From Planctomycetota bacterium (lineage in GTDB: Bacteria > Planctomycetota > B15-G4): a DNA stretch of 64,000 nt. The position numbers and the translations under genes were made by a program. The notes below the pieces were generated by a model. That model worked only from the letters and a program-made list of their open reading frames with translations, was not told where the DNA came from and did no database searches. The stretch covers positions 5,184,001 to 5,248,000 of the forward strand of contig CBDFJQ010000002.1 of NCBI GenBank assembly GCA_965248575.1, in the 5' to 3' direction. Below, piece after piece: positions 27,836 to 38,232 of the stretch (positions are counted from its first letter, which is position 1; each line of letters opens with the position of its first letter).

Positions 27836-29694
27836 CCGTTCGTTGGGGCTTGCTGGCCATCGCCTTGGGTGTGTTGTTGAGGGTCATGGCCTTCGATGCC
27901 CACAGCTTGCCGCGTGGAGATGTGGTTCTCGATGTGGGTGTCGCCCGCAGCCTGGGAAACGGCGAGGGATTCCACGCGGGGTTCGAGCGTGCGTTGCCCA
28001 AGCTCGCAGGTGCGCGTGCCGAGGTCGGGCCCCAGGATCTTGCCGATCAGCACCCACCCCTGTGGCCGTTGCTCGCGTCGCCCCTGGTCTGGCTGGGCCT
28101 GGACGCTTTCACGGCACTCAAGCTCCTGTCGTTTCTCTTTGGCTTGGCGGCGATCTGGCTGAGCTGGCGCGTGACCGACCGGCTGATTGAGGGCTTCGCC
28201 GGTGCTCCCGACGGACTGCCGGCACTCGCGGCGGGCTGCGTGGGGGTGGGCTTCCTCGCGGTGGAGAGTTCCGGGAACGGTTCCCTGTATGCAGCTCAAG
28301 CAGTGGGTGTGTTGGCGCTCGTGGAGTTGCTGGCCGCGCCCCGGCCCTCTGCGCTCTGGCTCGGCCTCGTGCTGGGAATGCTGCAGCTCTTGAACCACCA
28401 GTGCGCGGTGCTGCTGCCCGTTCCGCTGCTCGTGCTTTGGTTGGCGGCCCCGCGCGGGGGCAGGCTGCGCGCTGCCGCGGTGGGCCTCGGATCGGTAGCG
28501 GTGGCGATGCTCTGCCTCGCACCTTGGTGGATGCGCAACGCTTCAGCCTTCGGCAACCCCTTCCACAGCGTCAACTCCATCTACTTCCTGTATCGCGCCG
28601 GGGTGGACGTCGCTTTCGATGTAGAGCAAGGGGTTCCCGTCCTGCGCTTCGCCGAGAGCCTGAGTGTTCCGCTGCTGCTGCGGGCTTCGCTGGGCTTCGC
28701 GAAGCCCAATGCGCTCTATGTCCTGTCCACGGGCCTGGCTGTGTGGCCCGTCTTGCTCGGCGTGGCGGCGGCGATGTTTGTTCCCTTCGTGGTTTCGGCC
28801 TGGGAAGGGCGGGACCGTCGACTGTGGGCCGTGCTCTCGTGTCTGGTTGTCCTGGCTGCCGTGACAGTGATGTGGCCAGCCACCAAGCTGCGCTACCTGG
28901 TCGTCTTGCAACCGCTGGTCGTGGTGCTGGCCGTGCGGGCCTTCGCCATGGTCTGTGTTGCGGACAACCCGTCAAACTCCCGCCGTAGGCGTTGGGAAAG
29001 TTGGGGCGCCCTGGCCGTGGGATTGGTCTGGCTCGCAGCCCTGCTGTTGACGCGCGACGACATCAGCGGCGATCCGGCCGCCGGCGCCCGCCCGCTGCGT
29101 TGGATGACTCTCGCCTTCGGCGGGGCGTTGCTGTTGTGGTTGCCCCTTCGATTGCTCGGGCGGGCGATTCGGCGAGGGGCGGCGAAGGGTGGGGCTGTAT
29201 CCGGCGACGGTCTGCCGCGCACGCTGCTTCTGGCTGCGGTCTGTGTTTCATGGGTGCTGTCGTCTTGGGTCGCCGTGGGCGGAGACATGCGTACTGCCTA
29301 CCACTCCACGGACTTTGCGCCCGACGTCTTCGGCAAGCATGGAGAGGCTGGGGAAGCGCGCGACATGGAAGCCCTGGCTGCAGTGCGTCAAGAGGCGCTG
29401 CGGGCGAACGTGGTTGAACTCGTGGGCCCGGTGGGCTTGCTTGCCTGGCCGGAGCCCTCGCTGCTGGAAGTCTCGAAGGGCCTGTCCGGGGATCTGCTGG
29501 TGCGGACCTTGGTTGCCCTGGCCGAGGCCGATCGACTGGAGTGGCTGGCGCTGTTGATGGCCGATGCCCAGGTTCTGGTGGGCCCCTTCCCAGAGGTCGG
29601 CCAGGAGGCCTTCGGAGGGCGCCTCAAAGTGGTCGCTGTGATCTCGGAGAGCGAGACCTGCAGCGGCGCTGTGCTGTTGGTCCGTATCCGATGA
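27832..29694 (+). CDS. GT-C fold membrane glycosyltransferase (PMT/ArnT-like)
   Basis: First-loop GD..LD...ARSL..GEG, HPPLWPLL, PWWMRN...FGNP, RYL..L.P; many TMs. Confidence 0.7.
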   Translation: MTVRWGLLAIALGVLLRVMAFDAHSLPRGDVVLDVGVARSLGNGEGFHAGFERALPKLAGARAEVGPQDLADQHPPLWPLLASPLVWLGLDAFTALKLLSFLFGLAAIWLSWRVTDRLIEGFAGAPDGLPALAAGCVGVGFLAVESSGNGSLYAAQAVGVLALVELLAAPRPSALWLGLVLGMLQLLNHQCAVLLPVPLLVLWLAAPRGGRLRAAAVGLGSVAVAMLCLAPWWMRNASAFGNPFHSVNSIYFLYRAGVDVAFDVEQGVPVLRFAESLSVPLLLRASLGFAKPNALYVLSTGLAVWPVLLGVAAAMFVPFVVSAWEGRDRRLWAVLSCLVVLAAVTVMWPATKLRYLVVLQPLVVVLAVRAFAMVCVADNPSNSRRRRWESWGALAVGLVWLAALLLTRDDISGDPAAGARPLRWMTLAFGGALLLWLPLRLLGRAIRRGAAKGGAVSGDGLPRTLLLAAVCVSWVLSSWVAVGGDMRTAYHSTDFAPDVFGKHGEAGEARDMEALAAVRQEALRANVVELVGPVGLLAWPEPSLLEVSKGLSGDLLVRTLVALAEADRLEWLALLMADAQVLVGPFPEVGQEAFGGRLKVVAVISESETCSGAVLLVRIR

Positions 29695-31727
29695 TGTGGG
29701 CCTTGCTGGCCGCGTGGTGGGTGTTGGTTCCTGCCCTGCCCGAGCTGGCCTGGGTGCAATGGTTCGCCCATCTCGCCGTCGTCGGCGCGCTGGCCCTGAG
29801 CATCGGCCCACGGCTGTGGAGAGCAGAGGGGGCACTGTCCCGGGTGCCCCTGGTCGCCACAGCGGTCGCACTGCTCTCGTTGTCCGTCGCCATGCACGCC
29901 GCGCCGGACCGCTTTCCCGTCATGGAACGTTGGTGGGCGGGCATGACGGGAGTCGCCCACGGGCTGTTCTTCCTGTGTGTCCTGGCGGCGACGCCCGGTC
30001 CGCACGATGTCGAGCGAAGCCGGAGCTTCTCGCGCGGGCTCTGCTTCGTCCTGTTGGCGGTGCTGGCTGCTCAAGTGCTGACCATCGTGCGTGTCGACCT
30101 GCCCCAGGAAGCGGGGCGTCTCGCAGGTGGGCTCGGCAACCCCAACATGCTCGGCGCCTTCGTGGCTGCGGCGGGCCTGGCCTTGGCAGCCCTGGGGCGT
30201 TGGCGGCCGCGCTGGATGCTCCTGCTGGGCGGCGTCGTGACCGTGGTCCTGATGACCCGCTCTCGAGGGGCGGCGGCGGCCCTCGCAGCCGCGGTCTTCG
30301 TGTTCTTGCTGCGGCGCAACTGGCGTTGGGTCTTGGGCTTGGGCGTCGTGTTGGGTGTCGGCTTGGTCACGATTCCCAACCCGCTTTGGGAGCGGGTCAT
30401 GCAGTTGGAGGCGGCGCACACCTTCTCCCGCCCCTTCTTGTGGCGCGCGGCCTGGGCCAACATCCTGGAGAACCCCTGGGGCATCGGCCCCGGGATGAAC
30501 CGCTATCTCTTCCCACTGCGTGCCTTCGACCCGGAGTTTCCGTGGCTCGTGCATCAGCGGCACGCAGTGGGCTTGACGCACAACGTCTTCCTCACGTTGG
30601 CCCTGGAATGGGGCTGGTTGGCAGGCTTGGCTGGCGTCAGTCTGGCGCTCTCGGTGGGACGCAAGCTGTGGAGGGGCGGAGCAGCGGACCCCCTGCGGCA
30701 GGGCGCGACGCTCGGTGCCCTGGTCCTGTTTTTCGAACTGCAGATCGACGGCCTCGAACAGAACGCTGTGGCCTTCAGCTTGTTCCTGGCCTTCGTCGCC
30801 ATGGCCCTGAGGCGCTGCGTGGCGTCGGCAGCTGGGCGGGGCGACAGGCGGGGCGAGGGGGGTCCCATCGCAGGGCGGCAAGGAGCGGGCGGGCGCGGTC
30901 GGTGGGTCGCAGCAGCGGTCGTCATACTGGGCTTGGGTTTGCTCTTTCAGGACGCCCGGCGTGTGGCTCGCGTGGCGGCGATCCGCGAGGCCCAAGCCGT
31001 GTTTGAGGCCTACGTGGCAGGGGAGCTTCAGGAGGCCGAGATGAGGGTCGCTCTGGAGGCTGCTGGGGAGGCAGCCCCTGGCTCGGAGAATCTCGCCGTT
31101 GCGAGCTTCGAATTCGAGGCCTTGGCCCTGCGGCGAGCCACCAGCATGAAGGAAGAGGCAGCCTCTCTGGAATCCCGGGCAGCGCAGGCCTGGGCGGCCG
31201 CCGACCGGGCGCGGGAGATCCAACCTGCGGATGCCGAGCTGTTTCGCAGCGTGGCGGACTTTGCCTATCGCCGCCTCGCCCCTGTTGAGCGAACGGGGGA
31301 GCGGCCGGGATCCGTCTTGCCGGCGGTCAGCTCGCGACAGGCAGCGCAGGAGCGGTACACGGACAGCCTGGGGCGACTGCTGCGTCTCGACCCCTTCGAT
31401 GTGGGGGCGCTTCGGCAGCTGGCTCAGGAATACGGGCGCTCGGGCCAGTACGAGCCCATGGAGGCGACCTTCGAGCGACTCTTTGCCATCGAGCCGGATG
31501 ATGCGGCGGCTTGGGCTCTCAGGGGCCGCTTTCGGGTCCTGGCGGACCGTCCCGAGCAGGCGCTCTATGCCTATGTGCGCGCCCAGGAATCGGTATTCAA
31601 CTGCCGGCTCAAGGTGTCGGTGGGGGCGCCTCGCTCCCAGCTCTATTACGCAGCAGTGCTGAAACAGGCCCAGCTGGCGGTCATCCGGCGGCGCATTGCC
31701 GAGCTGCGCCGGGCGCTCTTCCTTTGA
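29691..31727 (+). CDS. O-antigen ligase / O-oligosaccharyltransferase-family protein with C-terminal TPR-like repeats
   Basis: GNPNMLG, TRSRG, R..LW......[15 protein letters not shown]...EWG; ATGA overlap. Confidence 0.82.
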   Translation: MMWALLAAWWVLVPALPELAWVQWFAHLAVVGALALSIGPRLWRAEGALSRVPLVATAVALLSLSVAMHAAPDRFPVMERWWAGMTGVAHGLFFLCVLAATPGPHDVERSRSFSRGLCFVLLAVLAAQVLTIVRVDLPQEAGRLAGGLGNPNMLGAFVAAAGLALAALGRWRPRWMLLLGGVVTVVLMTRSRGAAAALAAAVFVFLLRRNWRWVLGLGVVLGVGLVTIPNPLWERVMQLEAAHTFSRPFLWRAAWANILENPWGIGPGMNRYLFPLRAFDPEFPWLVHQRHAVGLTHNVFLTLALEWGWLAGLAGVSLALSVGRKLWRGGAADPLRQGATLGALVLFFELQIDGLEQNAVAFSLFLAFVAMALRRCVASAAGRGDRRGEGGPIAGRQGAGGRGRWVAAAVVILGLGLLFQDARRVARVAAIREAQAVFEAYVAGELQEAEMRVALEAAGEAAPGSENLAVASFEFEALALRRATSMKEEAASLESRAAQAWAAADRAREIQPADAELFRSVADFAYRRLAPVERTGERPGSVLPAVSSRQAAQERYTDSLGRLLRLDPFDVGALRQLAQEYGRSGQYEPMEATFERLFAIEPDDAAAWALRGRFRVLADRPEQALYAYVRAQESVFNCRLKVSVGAPRSQLYYAAVLKQAQLAVIRRRIAELRRALFL

Positions 31728-31821
31728 GCCTGAGGCTCTTGTTCCCGCAGAGCCTCGCGCCTATGCTGTCGCGACTTTTGTCCAGTGCCCAGTAACTTCC
31801 AACCTTTGGACAGGAACGCCC

Positions 31822-33864
31822 ATGGCCTCCATTCTGAATGAGTACCTCGCGATCATCGTCTCCTTGGGCGCGCTCGTCTTCGCGTTCGTCCTCTCCGGCA
31901 AGATCAACAGCCTGAGCGAGGGCAACGAGACGCAGCGCGAAATCGCCCTGAAGATTCGGACCGGCGCGATGGCGTTCCTGAAGACGGAGTACAGCATGCT
32001 CGCTGTCTTCGTCGCCGTAATCTGCGGCCTCTTGTTCTTGACGGGTCAGACGGCCACCGCCGTGGCCTTCGTGGCCGGCGCCGTGGCGAGCGGCATCGCA
32101 GGCTGGCTGGGCATGAGGACGGCCACGGCCGCCAATGTGCGTACGACGGAAGCGGCCCGCACGGGCCTGTCCCAGGCGCTGAACGTGGCCTTCTCCTCCG
32201 GCATGGTCATGGGCCTGTCGGTGGTGGGCCTCGGCCTGCTGGGTGTGGCTGGGCTCTACGCCTACCACGGTGACCCGCAGCCGCTTTTCGGCTTCGGATT
32301 CGGTGCCAGCTCCATCGCGCTCTTCGCGCGTGTGGGCGGCGGCATCTTCACCAAGGCGGCCGACGTGGGCGCCGACCTGGTGGGCAAGCTGGAAGCGGGC
32401 ATCCCCGAAGACGACCCGCGCAACCCGGCCACCATCGCCGACAACGTGGGTGACAATGTGGGCGACGTGGCTGGCATGGGCGCCGACCTGTTCGAGTCCT
32501 ACGTGGGCTCGATCATTGCCACCATGGCTCTGGGTGCCCTCGCGGCCACGAGCGCCGCTGGCGTCGTGGCAGATGCCGGCTCGCACCTCGTGATTCTGCC
32601 CTTGGTTCTGGCTGCGATCGGGATCGTGGCTTCCATCGTGGGCCGCTCCTTCGTCAAGAGCTCGGACGAGTCGCACCTGCACGGCGCGCTCTTCAAAGGG
32701 CTCCTGGTGGCTTCCGGCGTGTTCATCGTGGCGGCCTACTTCCTCACCATGGGTCTCAACCTCGACTATGTGCGCTTCGACGGTGAGACCGTCGGCCACA
32801 AGGAGATCATGCTGACGGTGGTCGCCGGACTCGCGCTGGGCGTGCTGATCGGCAAGATCACCGAGTACTACACCTCCGAGCACTGCAAGCCGGTGAAGAC
32901 CATCGCCGAGCAGAGCAACACGGGTGCGGCCACCAACCTGATCTACGGCCTGGCCGTGGGCATGGGCTCCACCTGGGCGCCGGTGATCCTCATCTCCGTC
33001 ACGATCATGTTGGCCTACAACCTCGCGGGGCTGTACGGCATCTCCATCGCGGCCGTCGGTATGCTCTCCACTCTGGGTATCTCCCTGGGTGTGGATGCCT
33101 ACGGGCCGGTGGCTGACAACGCTGGCGGCATCGCCGAAATGTCTGGCTGCCCGCCGGAGGTGCGCAAGCGCACGGACGCCCTGGACGCGGTGGGCAACAC
33201 CACGGCTGCCATCGGCAAGGGCTTCGCCATCGGCAGTGCTGCCCTGACGGCCTTGGCCCTCTTCCAGAACTACATCGAGGGTTCGGGCTTGCGTGAGCAA
33301 GGCCTCGACCTGGTGAACCCCGAGATCATCGCAGGCGCGCTGTTCGGCGCCATGTTGCCCTTCCTCTTTTCGGCCATGACCATGACGGCCGTGGGCCGGG
33401 CGGCCAACGAGATGATCGATGAGGTGCGGCGTCAGTTCCGCGAGATCCCCGGCTTGCTCGAAGGCAAGGCCGAGGCGGACCCCGCCAAGTGCGTGGCCAT
33501 CTCGACCAAGGCGTCCTTGCGAGAGATGGTCCTGCCGGGTGTGCTGGCCATCGCTGCTCCCGTCGCCGTGGGCTTCCTGGTCAGCGGCCAGGCGCTGGGC
33601 GGCATGATCGCCGGCGCGCTCATGTCGGGCGTCATGATGGCCATCTTCATGGCCAACTCCGGCGGTGCCTGGGACAACGCCAAGAAGCTCATCGAAGGCG
33701 GTGCACACGGCGGCAAGGGCAGCCCTGCCCATGGCGCGGCAGTTGTGGGCGACACCGTGGGCGATCCCTTCAAGGACACCTCCGGCCCGTCCATCAACAT
33801 CCTGCTGAAGCTCATGTGCATCGTGTCTGTGGTCATCGCTCCGATGATCGCGGCCGCATCCTGA
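31822..33864 (+). CDS. hppA: Membrane-bound K+-dependent (likely Na+-translocating) pyrophosphatase
   Basis: [67 protein letters not shown]. Confidence 0.97.
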   Translation: MASILNEYLAIIVSLGALVFAFVLSGKINSLSEGNETQREIALKIRTGAMAFLKTEYSMLAVFVAVICGLLFLTGQTATAVAFVAGAVASGIAGWLGMRTATAANVRTTEAARTGLSQALNVAFSSGMVMGLSVVGLGLLGVAGLYAYHGDPQPLFGFGFGASSIALFARVGGGIFTKAADVGADLVGKLEAGIPEDDPRNPATIADNVGDNVGDVAGMGADLFESYVGSIIATMALGALAATSAAGVVADAGSHLVILPLVLAAIGIVASIVGRSFVKSSDESHLHGALFKGLLVASGVFIVAAYFLTMGLNLDYVRFDGETVGHKEIMLTVVAGLALGVLIGKITEYYTSEHCKPVKTIAEQSNTGAATNLIYGLAVGMGSTWAPVILISVTIMLAYNLAGLYGISIAAVGMLSTLGISLGVDAYGPVADNAGGIAEMSGCPPEVRKRTDALDAVGNTTAAIGKGFAIGSAALTALALFQNYIEGSGLREQGLDLVNPEIIAGALFGAMLPFLFSAMTMTAVGRAANEMIDEVRRQFREIPGLLEGKAEADPAKCVAISTKASLREMVLPGVLAIAAPVAVGFLVSGQALGGMIAGALMSGVMMAIFMANSGGAWDNAKKLIEGGAHGGKGSPAHGAAVVGDTVGDPFKDTSGPSINILLKLMCIVSVVIAPMIAAAS

Positions 33865-33894
33865 GCCTCGGCTCAACCTTCCAGAAGGATCGCT

Positions 33895-34314
33895 GTGGCT
33901 GAGTCCGACGAGAACCTCATTCGCTCCTCGGACGATCGGGAGATCGGCATCGCGTGTGCGCGTCTGGCCTTGGACCGCCAGGCACGGGACGTGAAGCTGT
34001 TCTCGGTGGCCGATCGCCTGGGTATCGCAGGCATCTTCGTGTTGGCCACGGTGAACAACCGGCGTCAGGCACGGGCGGTGCGGGACGCCATCCGGGTGGG
34101 CCTCAAGGAACTCGGCCACGGAGTCCCGGTCGCGTCCAGCGAGGATCCAGAGGGTCGTTGGTCGCTGTACGACTACGGCGGGGTGGTGCTGCACCTCTTC
34201 GATGACGAAGGGCGTGAGTACTACGACTTGGACAGCATGTGGGCCGATGTACCCACGATCAGTGTGGAGGATGAGCCTCCCACGCCAACCAGCCAGGAGG
34301 GATCGGCATCGTGA
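33895..34314 (+). CDS. rsfS: Ribosome silencing factor
   Basis: WSLYDYGGVVLHLF....REYYDLDSMW. Confidence 0.9.
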   Translation: MAESDENLIRSSDDREIGIACARLALDRQARDVKLFSVADRLGIAGIFVLATVNNRRQARAVRDAIRVGLKELGHGVPVASSEDPEGRWSLYDYGGVVLHLFDDEGREYYDLDSMWADVPTISVEDEPPTPTSQEGSAS

Positions 34315-35135
34315 GCAGCTCACCCAGCTCCGAGGATCTTCAGTTCGTGCGGGATCTGGCCGTCGAGGCCGGTGAGGTGGTCATGAGCCACTTCGGCACG
34401 GACTACGACGTGGAAGACAAGCAAGGTCAGCCCGTGACGGTGGCCGACCGCCAGAGCAATGATCTCATCGTCAACGCGCTGCAGAAGCAGTTCCCCGGGG
34501 ATTCGATCCTCGCGGAAGAGACGCCTGTCACCGACCAGGTGTGGCGCACCGCAGAGCGCTGCTGGATCGTCGACCCCCTCGACGGCACTTCGGACTTCGT
34601 GAAGGGGCGTGTGGGTTTCGCCGTCATGATCGGGTTGTGCGTGCGTGGCGAGCCCGTGCTGGGTGTCGTCAACGTGCCGAAGGCGGGGCGCATGTTCCTC
34701 GGCTTGGCAGGTGGAGGCGCCGAGGAGGAGCGTGAGGGCGAGCGCCATGTGCTCAAGACGAGCTCCCGCGCCGAGACTTCGGAACTGCGCGTGATCTGCT
34801 CCATCGCCCATCGCGATGAGGTCCTGGAGCGCACCCTGACGGCCTTGGAGCCGGCAGAGACGCTCTCCGTCGGAAGCGTCGGCTACAAGGTGGGCAAGAT
34901 CACCGCGGACGAGGCCGACCTGTACGTCGCGCCCACCAGCTACATCAGCCTCTGGGACACCTGCGGGCCCCAGGCCATCCTGCACGCCGCTGGCGGCCGC
35001 TTCCTGGACATGGACGGCAAGCCCCTGGTCTACACGGGGCCAAGCCTGCAGCACGCCCGGGGTCTGTTGGCCACCAATGGGGCCAGTGCCGAGAGCGTGG
35101 TCTCCAAGATCCGGGGCGTCTGGCCAGCTAGCTAG
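34311..35135 (+). CDS. cysQ: 3'(2'),5'-bisphosphate nucleotidase (inositol monophosphatase family)
   Basis: PVTVAD, LAEE, WIVDPLDGT, WDTCGPQAIL. Confidence 0.8.
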   Translation: MSSSPSSEDLQFVRDLAVEAGEVVMSHFGTDYDVEDKQGQPVTVADRQSNDLIVNALQKQFPGDSILAEETPVTDQVWRTAERCWIVDPLDGTSDFVKGRVGFAVMIGLCVRGEPVLGVVNVPKAGRMFLGLAGGGAEEEREGERHVLKTSSRAETSELRVICSIAHRDEVLERTLTALEPAETLSVGSVGYKVGKITADEADLYVAPTSYISLWDTCGPQAILHAAGGRFLDMDGKPLVYTGPSLQHARGLLATNGASAESVVSKIRGVWPAS

Positions 35136-35188
35136 AGGCCCTGCCAAAAGGCTCCATTTGCCGGGTGGATCCGGACGAAGACGGATCC

Positions 35189-36889
35189 ATGGCTGTGGCC
35201 TGGCAAGATTGGAACGACGAGCTCCTGGAGCGCGCCCGGGAAACGGGGCGTTCGGTGCTGCTCGTTCTGGATTGCTCCTGGGGCCAGCCCTCCAGATCCG
35301 CTGACGACCCCGACCTGGCGTTGTCGACGTCGGGCCGGTTTGACCGGCACGAAGCCTGGGTCGCCGAGCACTGCTTGGCCGCGCGCGTTGATGTGGCGGA
35401 CTTCCCCGACCTGGAAGCCCGCTACGGATGCGGCCTGTGGCCCACGCTGGTCGTGCTCAACGCCGCCGGCGAGGTGTTGATGCCGGAGCAGCTTCCTCAA
35501 GCTGAGACTCCGACGGGCTCAGCATCAACTCCCTGGACTGCAACGGAGCCCTCGGCGATTCCGGGCCTCATCGAGCGCGCTTTGCTGGCGGACTTCGACG
35601 AGCGGCATGGTGGCTTTGGTGGGGGGCAGAAGTTCCCCCACCCTGAAGCCTTGGATTACGCGGTGGCTCGCCACGCGGAGCACCGCAGTGCGCGCTTGCA
35701 CGAGATCCTCGAGAAGACCTGTGCACACATGGCTGCCGGCGCCCTCTGGGACGCTGTCGACGGCGGCTTCTTCCGCTACTGTGCGGGCCGCGATTGGAGT
35801 CGCCCCTACACCGAGAAATTGCTGGAGACGCAGGTCGGGCTCGCGGGGGTGTACCTGGACGCGGGGCAGTTGTTGGGGCGCCGGGACTTCTTGCGCATCG
35901 GAGAGCAAACGCTGCAGTCCCTGCGGCGTGACCTGGCCGACGAGCGCACAGGACTCTTCCATTCGGGCATCGACCCCGACGACGAGTACTACGGCCTGGG
36001 TCCAGCGGAGCGCCGCACACGCCGCCGGCCAGCCGTGTCGGGCCGCCTCCTGGCCGATGGCAACGCTCAAGCCGTCTGCTGCTTGCTGAAGGCCGGTGCT
36101 GTCCTGGGCAGTCGGGAAGAGACGCAGGCAGGCGTCGCCCTGATGGAGAAGCTGCTGCGCACGCTCTGGCGACCAGGCAAGGGCATGCATCACTACGACG
36201 ATGGGCATGGGCCCCAGCTGAACATCTATCTGCGCGATCAAGCCGAGACGGTGCTGGCGCTGCTGCATGTGCTGCAGGCCACCGATGACCGCCGGTTCCT
36301 ATGGCCGCTCGAGCAGCTCGTCGAACTCATGGCGGGGCGATTCCTGAACCCCGACGGCCGGTTCATGAGTCGGTCGGACGGGCGCGTGCGCGTCGGGAGA
36401 CAGGACTCACAGATTGTCGACGGTGCTCTTGCTGCGGAGGCCTTGATGCGCGCAGCCCTTTCGTTGGGGCGGCCCGGCCTGGCGGAGTTGGCAGCGCGCG
36501 CCCTGCAACAGCATGCCGGGGATTGTCGACGCTACGGCTACGCCATGGCCGCCTACGGGCGCAGCATGGAGCTCTGTCTGCATCCACCCTTGCATGTGCT
36601 TGTGGTGGGGCGCCGCGGTGAGCGCCACAGCGAAGCCTTGCTGCGGCATGTGTCGGCCAGCGACCTGCCTCGGCGGGTCGTGCAGTTCCTGGATCCGGTG
36701 ACGGACGCCCATCTCTTGGAGCGCCTGCGGATCCCGCGCCTGGAGCATGCCGCGGTCTACGTGCTCGGGGCCGGCTTTCGCGGAGGAGGGTGTGCCGAGC
36801 CCTCAGCCATCACTGCGCTGCTGGGTGTTGCTCAAGAGCGCCGCCTGGGCATCACGAGCACCTCGGCTGAGGATGCACTCAGCGTCTAG
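35189..36889 (+). CDS. YyaL/SSP411-like protein (DUF255 thioredoxin-like plus alpha-toroid)
   Basis: VAWQDW...A......L, DERHGGFG...KFP, D.VDGGFFRY....W..P..EK. Confidence 0.8.
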   Translation: MAVAWQDWNDELLERARETGRSVLLVLDCSWGQPSRSADDPDLALSTSGRFDRHEAWVAEHCLAARVDVADFPDLEARYGCGLWPTLVVLNAAGEVLMPEQLPQAETPTGSASTPWTATEPSAIPGLIERALLADFDERHGGFGGGQKFPHPEALDYAVARHAEHRSARLHEILEKTCAHMAAGALWDAVDGGFFRYCAGRDWSRPYTEKLLETQVGLAGVYLDAGQLLGRRDFLRIGEQTLQSLRRDLADERTGLFHSGIDPDDEYYGLGPAERRTRRRPAVSGRLLADGNAQAVCCLLKAGAVLGSREETQAGVALMEKLLRTLWRPGKGMHHYDDGHGPQLNIYLRDQAETVLALLHVLQATDDRRFLWPLEQLVELMAGRFLNPDGRFMSRSDGRVRVGRQDSQIVDGALAAEALMRAALSLGRPGLAELAARALQQHAGDCRRYGYAMAAYGRSMELCLHPPLHVLVVGRRGERHSEALLRHVSASDLPRRVVQFLDPVTDAHLLERLRIPRLEHAAVYVLGAGFRGGGCAEPSAITALLGVAQERRLGITSTSAEDALSV

Positions 36890-36910
36890 CCGGCGAGTTC
36901 TTGGCGACCG

Positions 36911-36973
36911 GTTTCAACGCCCGGTTGCAGCGCCAAGTTGCAGCGCCAAGTTGCAGCGCCAAGTTGCAGCGCC
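36911..36973. repeat. 13-bp tandem repeat GTTGCAGCGCCAA (3 full, 1 partial, 1 degenerate copy)
   Basis: Units at 36924, 36937, 36950, 36963; degenerate GTTTCAACGCCCG at 36911. Confidence 0.9.
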
Positions 36974-36978
36974 GGGCC

Positions 36979-37410
36979 TCAGGGCGTCACGGCGCGCAAA
37001 CGCAGGTGCTCGCCTGTGTTCATGATGCGAGCGATCAACTCAATGCGCGTGCCATGTCCCTCGTCGTGAGAACGGCCGTCCCCATCGAAGCGGAAGCCAT
37101 TGCCTCTGGGGGTCAGGAATCCCAGGGTCTGCAGGCTGGTGTCCTGCACCAGGACTGTTCCCACCGGGTAGGGTCGATCGTCCACGATTCCGAGCGGTAC
37201 GCCTTCAAACTCCACCAGGTAGCCCGCGACTTCCTGGGAGCTGCCGAGCCGGACTTCCAGCAGGTTGGTGAAGGCGTTGCCCTGGGCCAACCCCAGGTCG
37301 GTGCCGGTCTCCTGGCCCCCTTGCTTGCCGCCGCCAGAGGCGCAGGCAGGGCTGAGGAACAGGCAGAGAGCCAACGTGAGCACGTGGGCGAAGCTGGGCG
37401 AAGAGCGCAT
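36979..37410 (-). CDS. Hypothetical lipoprotein
   Basis: Signal MRSSPSFAHVLTLALCLFLSPAC then Gly-rich linker; start 37410 or 37416. Confidence 0.65.
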   Translation of the reverse strand: MRSSPSFAHVLTLALCLFLSPACASGGGKQGGQETGTDLGLAQGNAFTNLLEVRLGSSQEVAGYLVEFEGVPLGIVDDRPYPVGTVLVQDTSLQTLGFLTPRGNGFRFDGDGRSHDEGHGTRIELIARIMNTGEHLRLRAVTP

Positions 37411-37500
37411 CGGCATCACTTCCGGGGTTCGGGGCCGGTGATTATGCCCGAGAAAGCCGGAATCGCGGAAGTCCGCTACCCCTGAGCTGCTGACCAAGCC

Positions 37501-38100
37501 TCAGTTGATGGGGAGCAGCAGGTCGTCGCCGCCTGCCTTGAGGGAGTCCTGGCTTGTCTGGATGATGCCATCCGGCCCCGCTGAGAGGACCCAGCTGCCG
37601 CTGCGGCTATCCACGAGGCCTGCCACGTTGACCAGGTAGGCGTTGCCCCATGGGTCACTGGGTACCTCGCCGTAGGGGCCCTCCCAGCCCGGCCCGCCCA
37701 TGGACCGGTTGAGCAGCACGTCTGCGAGCGGGCGGGACTCCACGACGCCGCCGAAGCGGATGCCCTGGGGCAAGGCCCCTTCGCTGTAGAGCCAACTGAC
37801 GTTCGTGCGTCCCCGGTTGCCCGTAGGCAGGAACAAGGTGTCCTGGGAGTAGCCGCGGATGCCGTCGACGATGTCCTGCATGCCCACTACGGTGGACTCG
37901 AGGCGTGCTTCCGCCTGCACGCTGGCGATGATCGGCACGGTGACGCCCGCCAGGCTGACCACGATGGACAGGCTGACGAGGACTTCCAGCACGCGCGACC
38001 GGCGCCGTTGAGGCTCCTCCTGCCCGCCATCTCCCTGGACGTCCTGGGAGACGTCGGTGTCGGCGAGCTGGTTATCGGAAGTGTCTGTCGGCTGATTCAT
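37501..38100 (-). CDS. GspG-like pseudopilin with atypical N-terminus
   Basis: LEVLVSLSIVVSLAG..VP pilin helix; WEGPY, DPWGNAY, VLSAGPDG, GDD. Confidence 0.78.
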   Translation of the reverse strand: MNQPTDTSDNQLADTDVSQDVQGDGGQEEPQRRRSRVLEVLVSLSIVVSLAGVTVPIIASVQAEARLESTVVGMQDIVDGIRGYSQDTLFLPTGNRGRTNVSWLYSEGALPQGIRFGGVVESRPLADVLLNRSMGGPGWEGPYGEVPSDPWGNAYLVNVAGLVDSRSGSWVLSAGPDGIIQTSQDSLKAGGDDLLLPIN

Positions 38101-38232
38101 GGGCTCTCTCCAAAGATTCCTCCGTATATTTCGTCTCGCCCCAGGGCATTGCTTGAGCTGTCTTGGGCTTTCGGTCCAAATCGCATATGACGGGCATGTG
38201 GGCGGTCGGGCTGGACGAGGTGCTGGGCCCTG

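Noticed and set aside
31681..34323. 880-aa antisense ORF, plus similar long ones (29388-31223, 38356-39987, 61062-62672, 3673-5058, 43531-44520, 53188-54369)
   Set aside because: Shadow frames opposite well-supported genes, expected from high-GC codon bias; no motifs.
36924..36973. Repeat considered as a CRISPR array
   Set aside because: 13-bp units are contiguous with no spacers, and no cas genes are present.
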